Shown here piece after piece: positions 40,101-52,876 of a DNA stretch of 63,590 bases. Position 1 is the stretch's first letter, and each line of letters starts with the position of its first letter. The stretch comes from Lama guanicoe. Taxonomy: Eukaryota. The notes under the pieces are model-generated. The model was not told where the DNA came from and did no database searches. It saw only the letters and a program-made list of their open reading frames with translations. The stretch is taken from positions 485,269 through 548,858 of the forward strand of contig MU054220.1 in NCBI GenBank assembly GCA_013239625.1, in the 5' to 3' direction. Both the position numbers and the translations under genes were made by a program.

Positions 40101-42551
40101 CTCATCAAATCTACAAATTCTATTTACACACAAGCTTAGAATTTTTATGGATTTCTAGTTCATTGAAATGTAATCAACATTATTGACGTATTTTTGTTCA
40201 TTTTTTTTCTGACCCGAATACAAACACTGTCTCTCTTTTGATTAGTACTTGTCTGATCAATTTTTATCCTTCCCTTTAACCATTCTGCACCTTTACTGTT
40301 TAGGTATGTCTCTTTACAATATATTTCTGTATTTTAAAATCTAGTCTGACAGCCATTGACTTTTAATTCAATAATTTATATCAACTGATAAATTGTGATT
40401 ACTTATATATATATATTAATTTATTTCTACGGTTCTGTATCTGTTTTCCATTTGTTAGCAAGTTTTTTAAAATGTTATTTATTTATTCAATTTGGATTTT
40501 CTGATAATTTCTTTTTTAATTTTATTTTTAATTGAAGTGTAATGATTCAATATGTTTTTGTTTTTAATCTGTCATCTTTTCTTTTTTTTTAAGTAACATT
40601 TTATTTTTTCTCATTTTGTTTTTCTCCTAAAATCTTGGAAATTTTTATTTTTGTCATTGCTATAAAGATTTGTCACATGCATAATCCAATTTATTACTGA
40701 AAAACAGGAGAATATTTTTACTTTCTCTAGCTTCTGCGGCAATCCATACAATTTAGGGCATAACCTCCACCGATATTGCCACCAGTTTAGGGCTTGGTGA
40801 TGGTAGCAGACATTGTAACAAGAGGTTTAAAGAATGAAGTAAACAAGGATTCCATGTGAACAGCAATTGATGACAGGTCAGTCAGTCCTAAGAAGTGGAC
40901 TCCTTTATTTCAGTAAAAATGATGGGATCCTTAAGTGGTTGACCTCAAGCGACCTCAGGTCTTTGCTAGAGACAAGGTGGTCCAAGCCCATCTTATAGTG
41001 GTCCCAGTGGGAACACAGACCCACTCTGTGTTTATGTCTGGAGCTCCAACGTGCGTAACAGAAATAGGCATTCTTGGTGACAGAATCCTTGCATTGGCTT
41101 TCTGCTTCTTTCTATCTCCAAGTATAAACCCCTGGAATATAATTTCCCTATCAGTATAGTGTAGCCAAAGTAACAGTGCATCTCTGATGGTCATGCATGG
41201 ATTAAGGTCGCCATAAAAACTTGGACGATACAGAAATGTTAATTTCTATTACATGTTCTACTCAATTTACTTGTTTTGCCTGAAGGTAGATGTATCCTGG
41301 ACACTGACAACGACGTTTATAAATTGTTTAGGTGATGACTTCAAGTGTACCTCCTGTTTCAGATTCAGTAAAGTGACTGAGAAAAGAATTATATCAGTGT
41401 CTGAGAATCCAGGCCCTGAAACATAACGGTATCGGCCCCTCCAAGTGAAGGACAAGGTGGTAAATCTATCACTACTAAGAAACTCAGTGCTTGAAAGGAC
41501 TTTTGAATTCTGGAGGCAACACTTAGCAACATTTAAGTTAACTGCTCTGACATGTTAACTGAGTCAACCAAAAGGCTGCCAATTTTGAGAGGGATTCAGT
41601 GTGAAAGATTCCCATGTTCAGACTGCTGTGAAAATCACTTTGCTATATTTGTGCTTTCAAGCCCAGAAGACCACACAGAGATGCTAAGTGGAGCCTCAGT
41701 AAAGCCCAGGTAGGAGGATTGCAGCCAAGATACCCACAGTTTTGGAGCAAATCATTACACTGTTTTTGTAGGCAATTATTCACCTTTTTGAGAAATTGAT
41801 CCTGACTAGATATTAAGGCCTAGTAGAAATCAAAAACCTGAACCTAGGGCATCAAACAAACATAATATGTGAATTGATCATCATGATACAGGTTTTATCT
41901 TATCCACCAAGTTTGGAAGTGATTAGCAGCAACACACTGTCAAAATGATACCAAATAAGTTCGGTTTGAACAGGTCTGGTGGCTCAAGAAATGTTCATGA
42001 GACTCCTACCAAATTGTTTTTTTTTTCCCCTCAGTCAACATTGTGGCCATATGGGGTTGTTGGCTGAGGAGGAAAAATATAATTGCATCTGTCTGCATTT
42101 AGTTCTATAAGAAAATTTGGCATTTTTCGTTACATGAAATGTTACAACATTAAAGCCTTAGACATGAATGTCCCCAAAAGATGGAGGTTAAGAAAATCTT
42201 CTCAAGTATCAAAAAACCTCAGCCAATGCATTTGATTGTCTACTCTGTATAGACCAAGAGATATGCAGATGCATGGATCTATTCCAGTCCATGGTATTTG
42301 CCAGTGCTTTCACTGGATGTTTAAGGATTTAGACAGCATAGGGCAGAAGGTGTGAAAAAGAGATATATGGATAAACTTGATGGACAAAATGAGAAAATAT
42401 CTGATTCATATAAATGCTCATCAAATGGTGTGCAGTTCAGGGGAAATTCTCCATGATGGTAGACAAGATTATATGTTTTGTGAATTTGAGTCATCCTCTT
42501 TTCCAGGTACCCACTTTCTTACTCGATTGATCTAGTTATAAAGTGACCATG

Positions 42552-43123
42552 GTGGTAATGCTGTGTAACAAACAACCCCAAGCTTAGTGATGTAACAAAC
42601 CAACTTACTATGCACATAGACTCTGTGGATCAGGAATTTAGACATAATGAATATAGCTTGTCTATGCTCCATGATGTCTGGGGTCTCAGCTGGGAAACTC
42701 AGAGGTTGAAGGTGCAGGCAGCTGAAATCATCTAAGGCCATATAGAATTACATGGCTGGCAGTTGGTTCTGGCTGTAGGCTGGGACTCAGCTGAGCTCTT
42801 GGTCATAAAATTCTGTATCTGGCCTGTATGCATAGTCTTTCCATGTGCACTAGTTTGGGTTTCTGTACAATATGGAAGCTGGGTCTCAAGAGTGAAGACC
42901 CCAAGAGAACAAAGTGAAAGAGCATGTTTATAATAACCACCCTTGGAAGTCACACAAGTTTACTTCTGCTGTGTTGTATTGGTTGGAGGCTTCACCCAAG
43001 TTTAAGGAGAGGACACAGAGACCCCACCAATTTATGGATATAGTGTCAAGGCCACATTGTAATAAGAACACATAGGATGGGAAATACTGCTGTGGCCACT
43101 TTTGTAAGCAACTATCTGTCACA
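42552..43123 (-). mobile_element. MaLR LTR, MLT1G/H-like
   Basis: Minus strand begins TGTGACAGA and ends ...ggggttgtttgttacacagca. Confidence 0.75.
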
Positions 43124-43441
43124 CCAGCAGCGAGAGCCTAATATGTACCATTGCTCAGGGAGACTGCTCAGTCCTGCGGTGGCAAGTTGACTACACTAAA
43201 AGCCTTCCATCAAGGATGGGGCAGAATTTGTCCTCACAGAAACACATACTTATTCTGGATATGGATTTGCCTTTCCTGTTGATGATGCTTATACCATCAA
43301 CACAATCTGTAGATTTATGGAATGTCTTATTCATCATCATGTTGGCTAGTATAGCATTGATTGTGATCACGTAACTTGTTTCACAGTAAAAGAATAGTAG
43401 TGAAAACTACATGAGGAATTCATGGATCCTGTGATGTACCC

Positions 43442-43845
43442 TGTTATGAACTGAATTATGTCCCAGAAATTCATGTGTTGAAGTCTTAACTTCAAGTACT
43501 TCAGAAGTGACTGTATTTGGAAATGGGGCCTTTCAAGAGGTATTTAAGTAAAAATGAGGCTATTAGGGTGGGCACTAATTCAATCTAATCGGTGCCTTTA
43601 TAAGAAGAAAAAATTTGTACACCCAGAGAAGCCCAGGGATGTAGTGCATAGAGAAAAAACCATGTGAGGACACAGTCAGGAGGCAGCCATGTGCAGGTCA
43701 ATGAGACAGACCTCTGGAATCACTAAACCTGCAGACACCTAGATCTTGGACTTCCAGACTGCAGAACTTACAAGATACAAATTTCTGTGGTTTAAGCCAC
43801 CTATTCTGTGGAATTGTGTTATGGTAATCCTAGAGAACTAATGCA
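43442..43845 (+). mobile_element. MaLR LTR, MLT1B-like
   Basis: TGTTATGAACTGAATT...gtatttggaaatggggcc...aaatttctgtggtttaagccacc...AACTAATGCA. Confidence 0.85.
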
Positions 43846-44486
43846 CAGACTTGATACAGTGGAAGAATGATGTAATAAACTTTCAAAGTGGCAAATTCAG
43901 AGACAACACTCTGAAAATTTGGAGTTATATCTTTAAGAATGTTTTGACCAATGTAAAATGTTTCTTCTGTAGTTAATAAATAGCCGTAATGAAACGTTAT
44001 GGAAATCAAAGGATGCAAAGGCAAGTACCTCCTTTCATGATTACACTAAAATCTATTTAGAGAAATTTTGCTCAGGTGGTTTACAGGTCTTAGTTATGGA
44101 GACAGTGCTTACATCAGGGAACTTGGCAATTATTTTATTGAACTGGAAATTGAAATGATCACCTGGACATTTTGATAGAAAAAAATAAAAGGGGGGGCTG
44201 GAGTGATTGGTAATGATGACTAGGGTAAATTTGGTTGTTGTGCCACAATGAGGAATGGGTGACCAATATCTGGAACCTGAGGGATTCTAAAAGGCATCTC
44301 TTAAAATTTCCATAACTAATAAAAAATTAATAAAAAATTAAAGTATCAAAAATGACAAAATCTTTAAGGTGTCAGACTTTAAGGGATGAACATTTGATTC
44401 ACACTATTAGATAATGGAATCCAATCAGGTGAAGGGTAGGCTGAGGTCAAAGCAAAGGTGGAGAAAAATTACAGGAGATAAAGTTA

Positions 44487-45276
44487 CAGCCAGCCCTCCA
44501 TATCTGTGGGTTCTGCATTTGCCAATTCCACCAATCACTGATCAAAAATATTCGGAGAAAACAATTTCCAGAAGGTTCCAAAAAGTAAAACTTAAATTTG
44601 CTGGGCACCAGCAACCATTTACCTAGCATTTACATTGTATTAGGTGTTTTAAGGACTATCTCAGAGATTTTTGCTGGTTCAATTCCAGACCACCACAATG
44701 AAGCGACTGTCACAACAAAGGAGTCACACAAATGTAAAAAGTATTTTTACACAACACTGTAGTCTTTTAAGTGTGCAGTTAGCATTGCATTATGTCTAAA
44801 CAAAAATCAATGTACGTATCTTAATTTAAAAATACTTCATTGCTAAAAAATGTTAACCATCATCGAGCCTTCAGGGAATTGTAATCTTTTTACCATAGTA
44901 ACTTCAAAGATCACCAATCATAGATCACCATAACAAGTATGATAAAATGAAAATGTTTGAAATATTGCGAGAATTACCAAATGTGACAGAGACCACACAG
45001 TGAGCAAAATGCTGTTGGAACAATCGTGCCAATAGACTTGCTTAATGCAGGTTGCAACAAACCTTTGGTTTGTAAAAAAGTGCAATATCTGCGAAGGGCA
45101 ATAAAATGAGGTGTGCCTACATACATAATCTAGAGGGGATTCAAGGTATACGGGAAGATGTGCATAGGTGATAAGCAAATACTGCACCATTTTATATAAG
45201 GATTTGCGTATCTGCACATTTTGGTGTCCTCAGAGGGTCCCAGAACCCATCTCCCACAGAGAGTGAGGGATGACTT
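44487..45276 (-). mobile_element. MER2-like TcMar-Tigger element, split by an insertion
   Basis: TA-CAGCCAGCCCTCCATATC...GAGGGATGACT-TA inverted termini. Confidence 0.78.
44652..45119 (-). mobile_element. Internally deleted Tigger1 derivative
   Basis: Both Tigger1 ends present: ctcagagattt..ccagaccaccacaat and gcaataaaatgaggtgtgcct. Confidence 0.8.
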
Positions 45277-45656
45277 TATAGATATTAACTAAAATTTTAA
45301 CAAGGACCATTGTAGTAATGCATACTGTTCATATATTTAATTGCATACTAATTTTAAAGTTCTTGTTTCTTATTTTATATTAAGAGGGTTTTGAGTATTA
45401 ATTTTACAGTCAATTCTTAGTGTTAAAGATAATTTAAAGATTGTAATCTGAACTAGAAGAGAAACTAACATTGAAATGAATATTTTTCAGAACGTTTAGG
45501 ACGTTGTATTTCCTTTTTGGGAGGAAAAGAGTAAGGCCACCTTTGTAGAAGTGTCTTGTACAGTGAAAGCATATGGATATTATTGTTTTTTATATGGAGG
45601 TTCAAATATATATAGAGAAGTATCTGTAAGTACTGATTGGCCAAAGGAGTTAAATA

Positions 45657-45830
45657 TGCCACTCATTCACCTATTATCCTCAGCTTAAAAATCCACATTT
45701 AAATGCTCTCCTCTGAGATGCTGGGAGTGAAATCTAACTACATTCCTCCTCTAACAGACATTTTTCTATGAGTTTCTGTTAATAAGAGCACACTAGAATG
45801 AGACTGGTAATCAAAAAGAAGGAATTAGAG
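45657..45830 (+). mobile_element. LTR33-like 5' part, probable 3' LTR of the ERVL relic
   Basis: ctcagct..aaatccac...ctctgagatgctggga...cactagaatgagactgg directly after the PPT-like tract. Confidence 0.55.
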
Positions 45831-45984
45831 AATTAGCTATATTTTTATTAAAGACTTTATATTTCAATAATTAAGAATGGTTATTCAGTCTTCAATTTTG
45901 GTCTAATATTTTAAGGACTGATAAATTATTTTACTCAAATCTAGTAAATATGAATAAATTTTTTTTACTTTTTTGCTCTTTGTA

Positions 45985-46183
45985 TTTTTTATTGAAATAT
46001 AGTAAGTTTACAATGTTGTTTCACTTTCTGCACAGCACAATACTTCAGTCATACATGAACATACATATATTCGTTTTCATATTCTTTTTCACCATAAGCT
46101 ACTACAGGATATCAAATACCGTTTCCTGTGCTATACAGTATAAACTTGTTTATCTATTTTATATATACCAGTCAGTATCTGTA
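45985..46183 (-). mobile_element. Short L1 3' end
   Basis: tttttattgaaatatag...cctgtgctatacagtataaacttgtttatctatttt, antisense to the L1 3'UTR seen at about 16650-16840. Confidence 0.8.
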
Positions 46184-46634
46184 AATAAAATTTATATCCA
46201 CTTCTCACCATTCTCCACCTACCCATTTCAGCATTTCAGAAAAAAAGACTTTTGGGGGGGATGGCCTGTTAATAATGGACCACTAGATCTTTTTCAGATT
46301 CCTAAAGCATATCATTAGAATTCCAATGTCCCATAAATTGTATATTTTAAAAAGGAAAGAAAGAAAAGACTTCACTACACATTCAAAATAAAATATCAGA
46401 TTAAGGAGGACTTAAGACAGGAGTACAAAGAGAACAGAGGAAAAATGAACATGAAACAATAAATTAAAATTGTCCAATCAGGAGAGGCCTGAGAAAATTC
46501 TAAAGATTCTGAGTTCCAACCCATTACCGGCTTTTCCAATCACTGCATATTCTTTGTATATCATTCCATATTATTTCAAGGGCTTTTAATATTTCTAGCT
46601 CTAAAGTGAAATTCTGAAGTGTTTTTCATATAAG

Positions 46635-47564
46635 TTACTTCCTTTCTGAAAGCAATTGATGATACAACATTTTCCTCACAGCATTCTTCATCTCCAGGTT
46701 TCTCAGCGTGTAGATCAGAGGGTTGAACATGGGGGCAATGATGGTGTAGAAAAGAGCAAATACTTTGTCTTCTGGAAAAGTTTCAGCTGGTCTAATGTAA
46801 ATGAAGAGGACTGGCCCAAAGAATAGGACCACGACTGTTATGTGGGAACTACAAGTTGAAAGAGCTTTGGCACGGCTCTCCGCAGGGTAATCCCTGATGG
46901 TATGCAATATCAGAAAATAAGACCCCATCAAAATCACAAAAGTGACCAAAGCAATCAGACCTGAATCAACAATTACCAGGAGACCGATTCTGTATGTATC
47001 AGTGCAGGCCAATTTCAGCAAAGGATACACATCGCAGAAGTAGTGATCAACCTCACTGGGGCCACAGAACGGTAAAAAGATGGTGAGAAGAAACTGACTG
47101 GCAGAGTGGATAAAACCCCCAGTGCAACAGGCTATGATGATTGCATTACACCTCTGTCTGCTCATGACGACGGTGTAGTGCAGGGGTTTGCAGATGGCCA
47201 CGTAGCGGTCATAGGCCATCCCGGTGAGGACAAAGATCTCAATGCCTCCAAGGAAGTGAAGGATAAAAAGCTGTGTCATGCAGCTACTGTAGGAAATGGT
47301 CTTCCTTTCTGCCAATAAATCAGTCATTAGTTTGGGCACCACTGTTGATGTGTAGCTAAGGTCTGAGAGTGAGAGGTAATTAAGGAAGAAATACATGGGT
47401 TGGTTAATGAGTGGACTGCATGTGATAGAAATCATTATGAGCAAATTTCCCATCCAAACAGCAATGTAGCAAAATAAAAGTAATACAAAGCAGAGGATTT
47501 CAATGTTCTTGTTCTGAGATAAGCCCAAGAGAATAAACACAGTGATATTGTTCCTGTTTCCCAT
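46635..47564 (-). CDS. Olfactory receptor, OR4P-like, 309 aa, intact
   Basis: [17 protein letters not shown] from ATG 47564, acceptor tcttttcag at 47597, canonical OR motifs present. Confidence 0.93.
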   Translation of the reverse strand: MGNRNNITVFILLGLSQNKNIEILCFVLLLFCYIAVWMGNLLIMISITCSPLINQPMYFFLNYLSLSDLSYTSTVVPKLMTDLLAERKTISYSSCMTQLFILHFLGGIEIFVLTGMAYDRYVAICKPLHYTVVMSRQRCNAIIIACCTGGFIHSASQFLLTIFLPFCGPSEVDHYFCDVYPLLKLACTDTYRIGLLVIVDSGLIALVTFVILMGSYFLILHTIRDYPAESRAKALSTCSSHITVVVLFFGPVLFIYIRPAETFPEDKVFALFYTIIAPMFNPLIYTLRNLEMKNAVRKMLYHQLLSERK

Positions 47565-49253
47565 GGTCCAGTGCAATAAAAATGCATTGCAGTCCCCTGA
47601 AAAGACATGATGCATAAGTTGATGCCAGAAACGTTCATGGAGAAGACTGGTGCTAACACTGATATTATGAAGCTATGTTTAATGGACATGATCCCTGTGT
47701 TTCATAAAATGAAAAAGTGGTATTTAATACATGTTTAGTTTCTGATTAGTCTCATGGTGATTTTCACAAGTCAGTCTTTCAAGTTCAATCTCAACATTAA
47801 TAAAAAATAAATGCATTTATTCGATCAGTAAAAAATATTTAAAAATACTTATTAGTTGCCAAATAGTTTCCATTTCTAAAGGAATGTACAGCTAAGTTCT
47901 TTGAAAGAACATTGCTCTGTATCTCTACAAACTCAAATTTGTTAAGGATGCAGGTATAAGTCACACAAAGTTTTCCTTTAATAATATGGAAGCCAATATA
48001 AGGTTTAACAATGGTCACTAGTGGAATGTCTGCTGCCTCACAATAAGTTTAGAATGAGGGAGAATACAAAATTAAATATTTATTTATATAATGATACATA
48101 GATATTTACCAAGTAGAAGCTAAAACTCTCTGCAAGAGGCCAATGAGATGGGTTTGAATAATTTTTGACTGCTTATCTTTTTTTAGTGATTTGGAAGAGC
48201 AAAATTCAGACATTTTATGACCGAAATATAATTCAGACATTTTATTTCTGGCACATCAGTAAGAAGCAGATACTGAATGAACCACAGATAAAGCAAAAAT
48301 TAAAACTAAAAAAAGAGAAACAGAAGGCAGATTTGCCTTCATGACTTTGCTCTTAACTCAGGGTATCATATTTCACAAGTCAGTTTTTTTTTCTTTAGTG
48401 CTTTGAATTAGAGTATGAATTTCTGTTCTATATTTGCCCAGTTTAAGACTTTTGCCAGAACCCGTATAAAATGTTAACACTGTACAGCTGAAAGAAAAAA
48501 GTTTATTTTGGGGAAAAGGTTTTTATGGGAAGACACACAGCTGGGACCTAGGCTCCATTATGAATTACACTGTAGTGTGTGAATTTGGGTCCTAATCAAT
48601 TTGTTTCTCTGAATTTCAGTTATCTCACTTAAAAAATGGTGATGCCTACTTAGACTTTGTCACATAGTCAGGGTACTTAAATCAATAAATAGCTATCACT
48701 TTATTAACCATCGAATTATTAATTGATGACTTTCTTATCTTAATTCTTGTTACTAAATCAGTAAAGTTCTCAATAATAAGTTCACTAAGTATGACTCCCA
48801 TAGAGAAAATAAAATTTTAAAATCATTAAATTATTTTGTACTGGAAGAAAACTTTGCAATCTACTAGCCCAACTCCCTAGTTCTCAATAGAAGGGATTTG
48901 AATTAAATGCTTCTAGAAAATAGATAGAATGAGTAAGAGTAGTTTGAAACACCTCATAAGCCATTATATTAAATCAACAGGATTTGAGATATGAAAATAC
49001 AGGCAAGTCATTGGGGTTGACCATAGCATCGGCTAACTTAGTTTGTATCTCATTGCTAATGAAAAATTAACATAGAACTGGTAACATATGGTCCAATTAT
49101 TTTTTACTATAAATTTTGATCCCACAATGCATTATGAATTTTTAAAATCTTTATGTAAAATGTGTTAACCTGTAGCTACATTTTTCAACAATTAGTAAAT
49201 TCTCTGCTCATCATTCTCTTTAATAAACTATGTTAACTATGTCACCTTCCAAG

Positions 49254-51085
49254 TAAAAATTTCCTTTACAATGGAACTTTAAATTATTTGTATGGTGAAT
49301 ATGAAGATTTAGAATTAGCTTATTAGCCACTGAAGAGTAAGGTTTCATGCCTCCAATCATATCATGTAAATTTTTCCTTACCTATAAATAAATCAAAACT
49401 AATTTGAAAATAATATTTAAAATATTGGTTTGGCCAACTTTTAAAGTAACTACTTGTTCATTTGACTAGACATAAACAAAATCATTATTTTAATCATGGA
49501 CATGGAAATAAACAATAATCTGAATTTTTTTCTTCCTCAAAATTATAAACAAGAAAATTTTGGCTTATACATAAAGAATTCTGAAGAATTTAAGGTCGTT
49601 GCAATCCTTAGACAAAGCCAACTGTTCTGTCTCCATTTCATATACTATTAATTTTCTTGCTAATTATATGTGGTCTGACCTTCTAATAAAACATTTTTGC
49701 TAATTATGTGTTTAAATTGCCAATCTTCTCCATTCCCAAGGCCACAGATAATTCTTGATTTTCCTTCCGGCAATATTCTCTTTTCATTAACTTCCTCATA
49801 TACCTATAGTTCATCATGTATAAACTACACTTGTATTTCTGGCTTTTTAACTTTAGAGCGGGAGAAGATTTCTAGGTTCCATCCCTGAATCAGTCATCAA
49901 TTTTAAGTGTGAACCCTTAACTTCATTTCCTTCAACACTTTTCTGTATCTAAAATGTAGAGAAATAGTTTCTCCCCTAAATAAATCAGAGCGTTATGAGA
50001 TTCAAATTTAAAAATAGATGGAGAACTTTGAAAAAAGTAAAACACTATGCAAATGAAAGCAGTTTTAAGTTCAGTTTGATGTACGTACTGGAGTAATAAC
50101 ACCCTACAGAGTGAGTTGAGGCTTTCCAGATAAAGTGTATGTAGACACCTACCTAGTATTTAGAATAAAAATTTCCTTTACAATGGAACTTCAAAGCAAA
50201 TTAATTTATTTGTATGGTGGACATGAAGATTTAGAATTAGCTTATTAGCCACTGAAGAGTAAGGTTTCATGCCTCCAATCATATCATGTAAATTTTTCCT
50301 TACCTATAAATAAATCAAAACTAATTTGAAAATAATATTTAAAATATTGGTTTGGCCAACTTTTAAAGTAACTACTTGTTCATTTGACTAGACATAAACA
50401 AAATCATTATTTTAATCATGGACATGGAAATAAACAATAATCTGAATTTTTTTCTTCCTCAAAATTATAAACAAGAAAATTTTGGCTTATACATAAAGAA
50501 TTCTGAAGAATTTAAGGTCGTTGCAATCCTTAGACAAAGCCAACTGTTCTGTCTCCATTTCATATACTATTAATTTTCTTGCTAATTATATGTGGTCTGA
50601 CCTTCTAATAAAACATTTTTGCTAATTATGTGTTTAAATTGCCAATCTTCTCCATTCCCAAGGCCACAGATAATTCTTGATTTTCCTTCCGGCAATATTC
50701 TCTTTTCATTAACTTCCTCATATACCTATAGTTCATCATGTATAAACTACACTTGTATTTCTGGCTTTTTAACTTTAGAGCGGGAGAAGATTTCTAGGTT
50801 CCATCCCTGAATCAGTCATCAATTTTAAGTGTGAACCCTTAACTTCATTTCCTTCAACACTTTTCTGTATCTAAAATGTAGAGAAATAGTTTCTCCCCTA
50901 AATAAATCAGAGCGTTATGAGATTCAAATTTAAAAATAGATGGAGAACTTTGAAAAAAGTAAAACACTATGCAAATGAAAGCAGTTTTAAGTTCAGTTTG
51001 ATGTACGTACTGGAGTAATAACACCCTACAGAGTGAGTTGAGGCTTTCCAGATAAAGTGTATGTAGACACCTACCTAGTATTTAG
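49254..51085. repeat. Tandem duplication, period 922 bp, essentially identical copies
   Basis: Copies 49254-50163 and 50166-51085. Identical ORFs at 49697 and 50619. Differences seen only in the first ~55 bp. Confidence 0.95.
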
Positions 51086-52876
51086 CAAACCAGAGCTTGA
51101 AACCAGAGTTTTCTGAGTCTAGATCCTGAGTTCATACATAAAAGCTGTAGCTTCAAAGCAACAGAATAAATTTAATGTTAAAACCCTACCATTCCCCCAA
51201 TTACCTATTATTTCATGTAAAACCAGGTAACCTCCAAAGTTACCATCCTTGAACATTTCAGCCATTCTAATGTTGATATGCACATTAACAAAATGAGATG
51301 AGAAATCAAGCCAACTTCTCTGTCTGTAAAAATATAGGTACTACTCAGACAGGACCACCAACTCTGTCTCTTCCTTTTACATATGGATGGAACCCATTTA
51401 TAAAGAGTAAGAACGTTGTGCGGACACCCATGGACAGAACGCACTGAATCTCCTCACGCTCGCAGACATGAGCCACGCTACCACAACCACAAGCAGCGCC
51501 TCTGAAAGAGCATGGTGAGAAGAAAAGAGTGTAATTTGCTCTCTAGCATAGCCCTTCGTTCATTTTAAGAACTTGTATTCACTTGCCTTGTGGTCCCCAT
51601 CTTTAAAATGATGAAGTTAGTCTTTATGATTTTTAAGAACACTTGTTCATTTGACTAGACATAAACAAAATCATTATTCTAATCATGGACATGGAAATAA
51701 ACAATAACCTGAATTTTTTTCCTCCCCAAAATTAAACAAGAAAATTTTGGCTTATACATAAAGAAATTAAGCTTCTGAAGAATTTAAGATTGTTGCAATC
51801 CTTAGGCAAACCCAATTGTCCTGTCTCCATTTCATATACGATTAATATGTGGTCTGACCTTCTAATCAATAATTTTGCTAATTATGTGTTTAAATCACCA
51901 AACTTCTCCATTCTCAAGGCCACAGATAATTCTTTATTTTCCTTCTTGGCCATCTTTTCTTTTCATTAACTTCCTCATACACTTGTAGTTCACCACATAT
52001 AAACTGCCACTTGTATTTCTGGAATTTTAATTTCAGAGTGGGAGAAGATTTCTAGGTTCCATGCTTGACTCAGTCATCAACTTTAAGTGTGAACTCTTAA
52101 CTTCATTTCCTTCAACACTTTTCTTTATCTAAAATGTAGAGAAATAGTTTCTCCCCTAAATAAATCAGAGAGTTATGAGATTCAAATTTAAAAATAGATA
52201 GAGAACTTTGAAAAAAGTAAAACACTATGCAAATGAAAACAGTTTTAAGTTCAGTCTGATGTATGTACTGGAGTAATAACACCCGACAGAGTTAGTTGAG
52301 GCTTTCCAGATAAAGTGTATGTAGACACCTACCTAGTATTTAGCAAGCCAGAGCTTTCTGAGTCCAGAGCCTGAGTTCATACATAAAAGCTGTAGCTTCA
52401 AAGCAACAGAATAAATTTAATGTCAAAACCCTACCTTTCCCCTTATTATTTCATGTGAAACCAGGTAATCTCCAAAGTTACTGTCCTTGAACATTTCAGC
52501 CATTCTAATTTTGATATGCAGATTAACAAAATGAGATGAGAAATCAAGCCAACTTCTCTGTCTGTAAAAATATAGGTACTACTCAGACAGGACCACCAAC
52601 TCTGTCTCTTCCTTTTACATATGGATGGAACCCATTTATAAAGAGTAAGAACGCTGTGCGGACACCCATGGACAAAACGCACTGAATCTCCTCACGCTCA
52701 CAGACATGAGCCACGCTACCACAACCACAAGCAGCGCCTCTGAAAGAGCATGGTGAGAAGAAAAGAGTGTAATTTGCTCTCTAGCATGGCCCTTCGTTCA
52801 TTTTAGGAACTTGTAGTCACTTGCCCTGTGGTCCCCATCTTTAAAATGATGAAGTTAGTCTTTATGATTTTTAAGA
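50374..52876. repeat. Older tandem duplication, period about 1.25 kb, overlapping the 922-bp duplication
   Basis: ACTTGTTCATTTGACTAGAC starts at 50374 and 51641, and both units end GATTTTTAAGA (51638, 52876). Near-identical ORFs at 51208 and 52446. Confidence 0.93.

Larger units (their letters stand above)
40790..45656 (+). mobile_element. Decayed ERVL-class provirus internal region, interrupted by nested elements
   Basis: Protease-like VVPVGTQTHSVFMS (about 41000), RT-like stretch near 41500 (FWRQH), integrase-like WQVDY...TYSGYGFAFP (43180-43280), PPT-like ggccaaaggag near 45640. Confidence 0.75.

Noticed and set aside
47565..47615. Upstream in-frame ATG extension (also 58922-58963)
   Set aside because: These ATGs lie 5' of the predicted splice acceptors, and the downstream ATGs match paralog starts
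51493..51510. CTCF-like GGCGCTG half-site (copy near 52733)
   Set aside because: The 5' half and spacing do not fit the consensus
49697..52682. Paired small ORFs (63 aa twice, 78 aa twice) as a gene family
   Set aside because: By-products of the tandem duplications, with non-ATG starts and no domain
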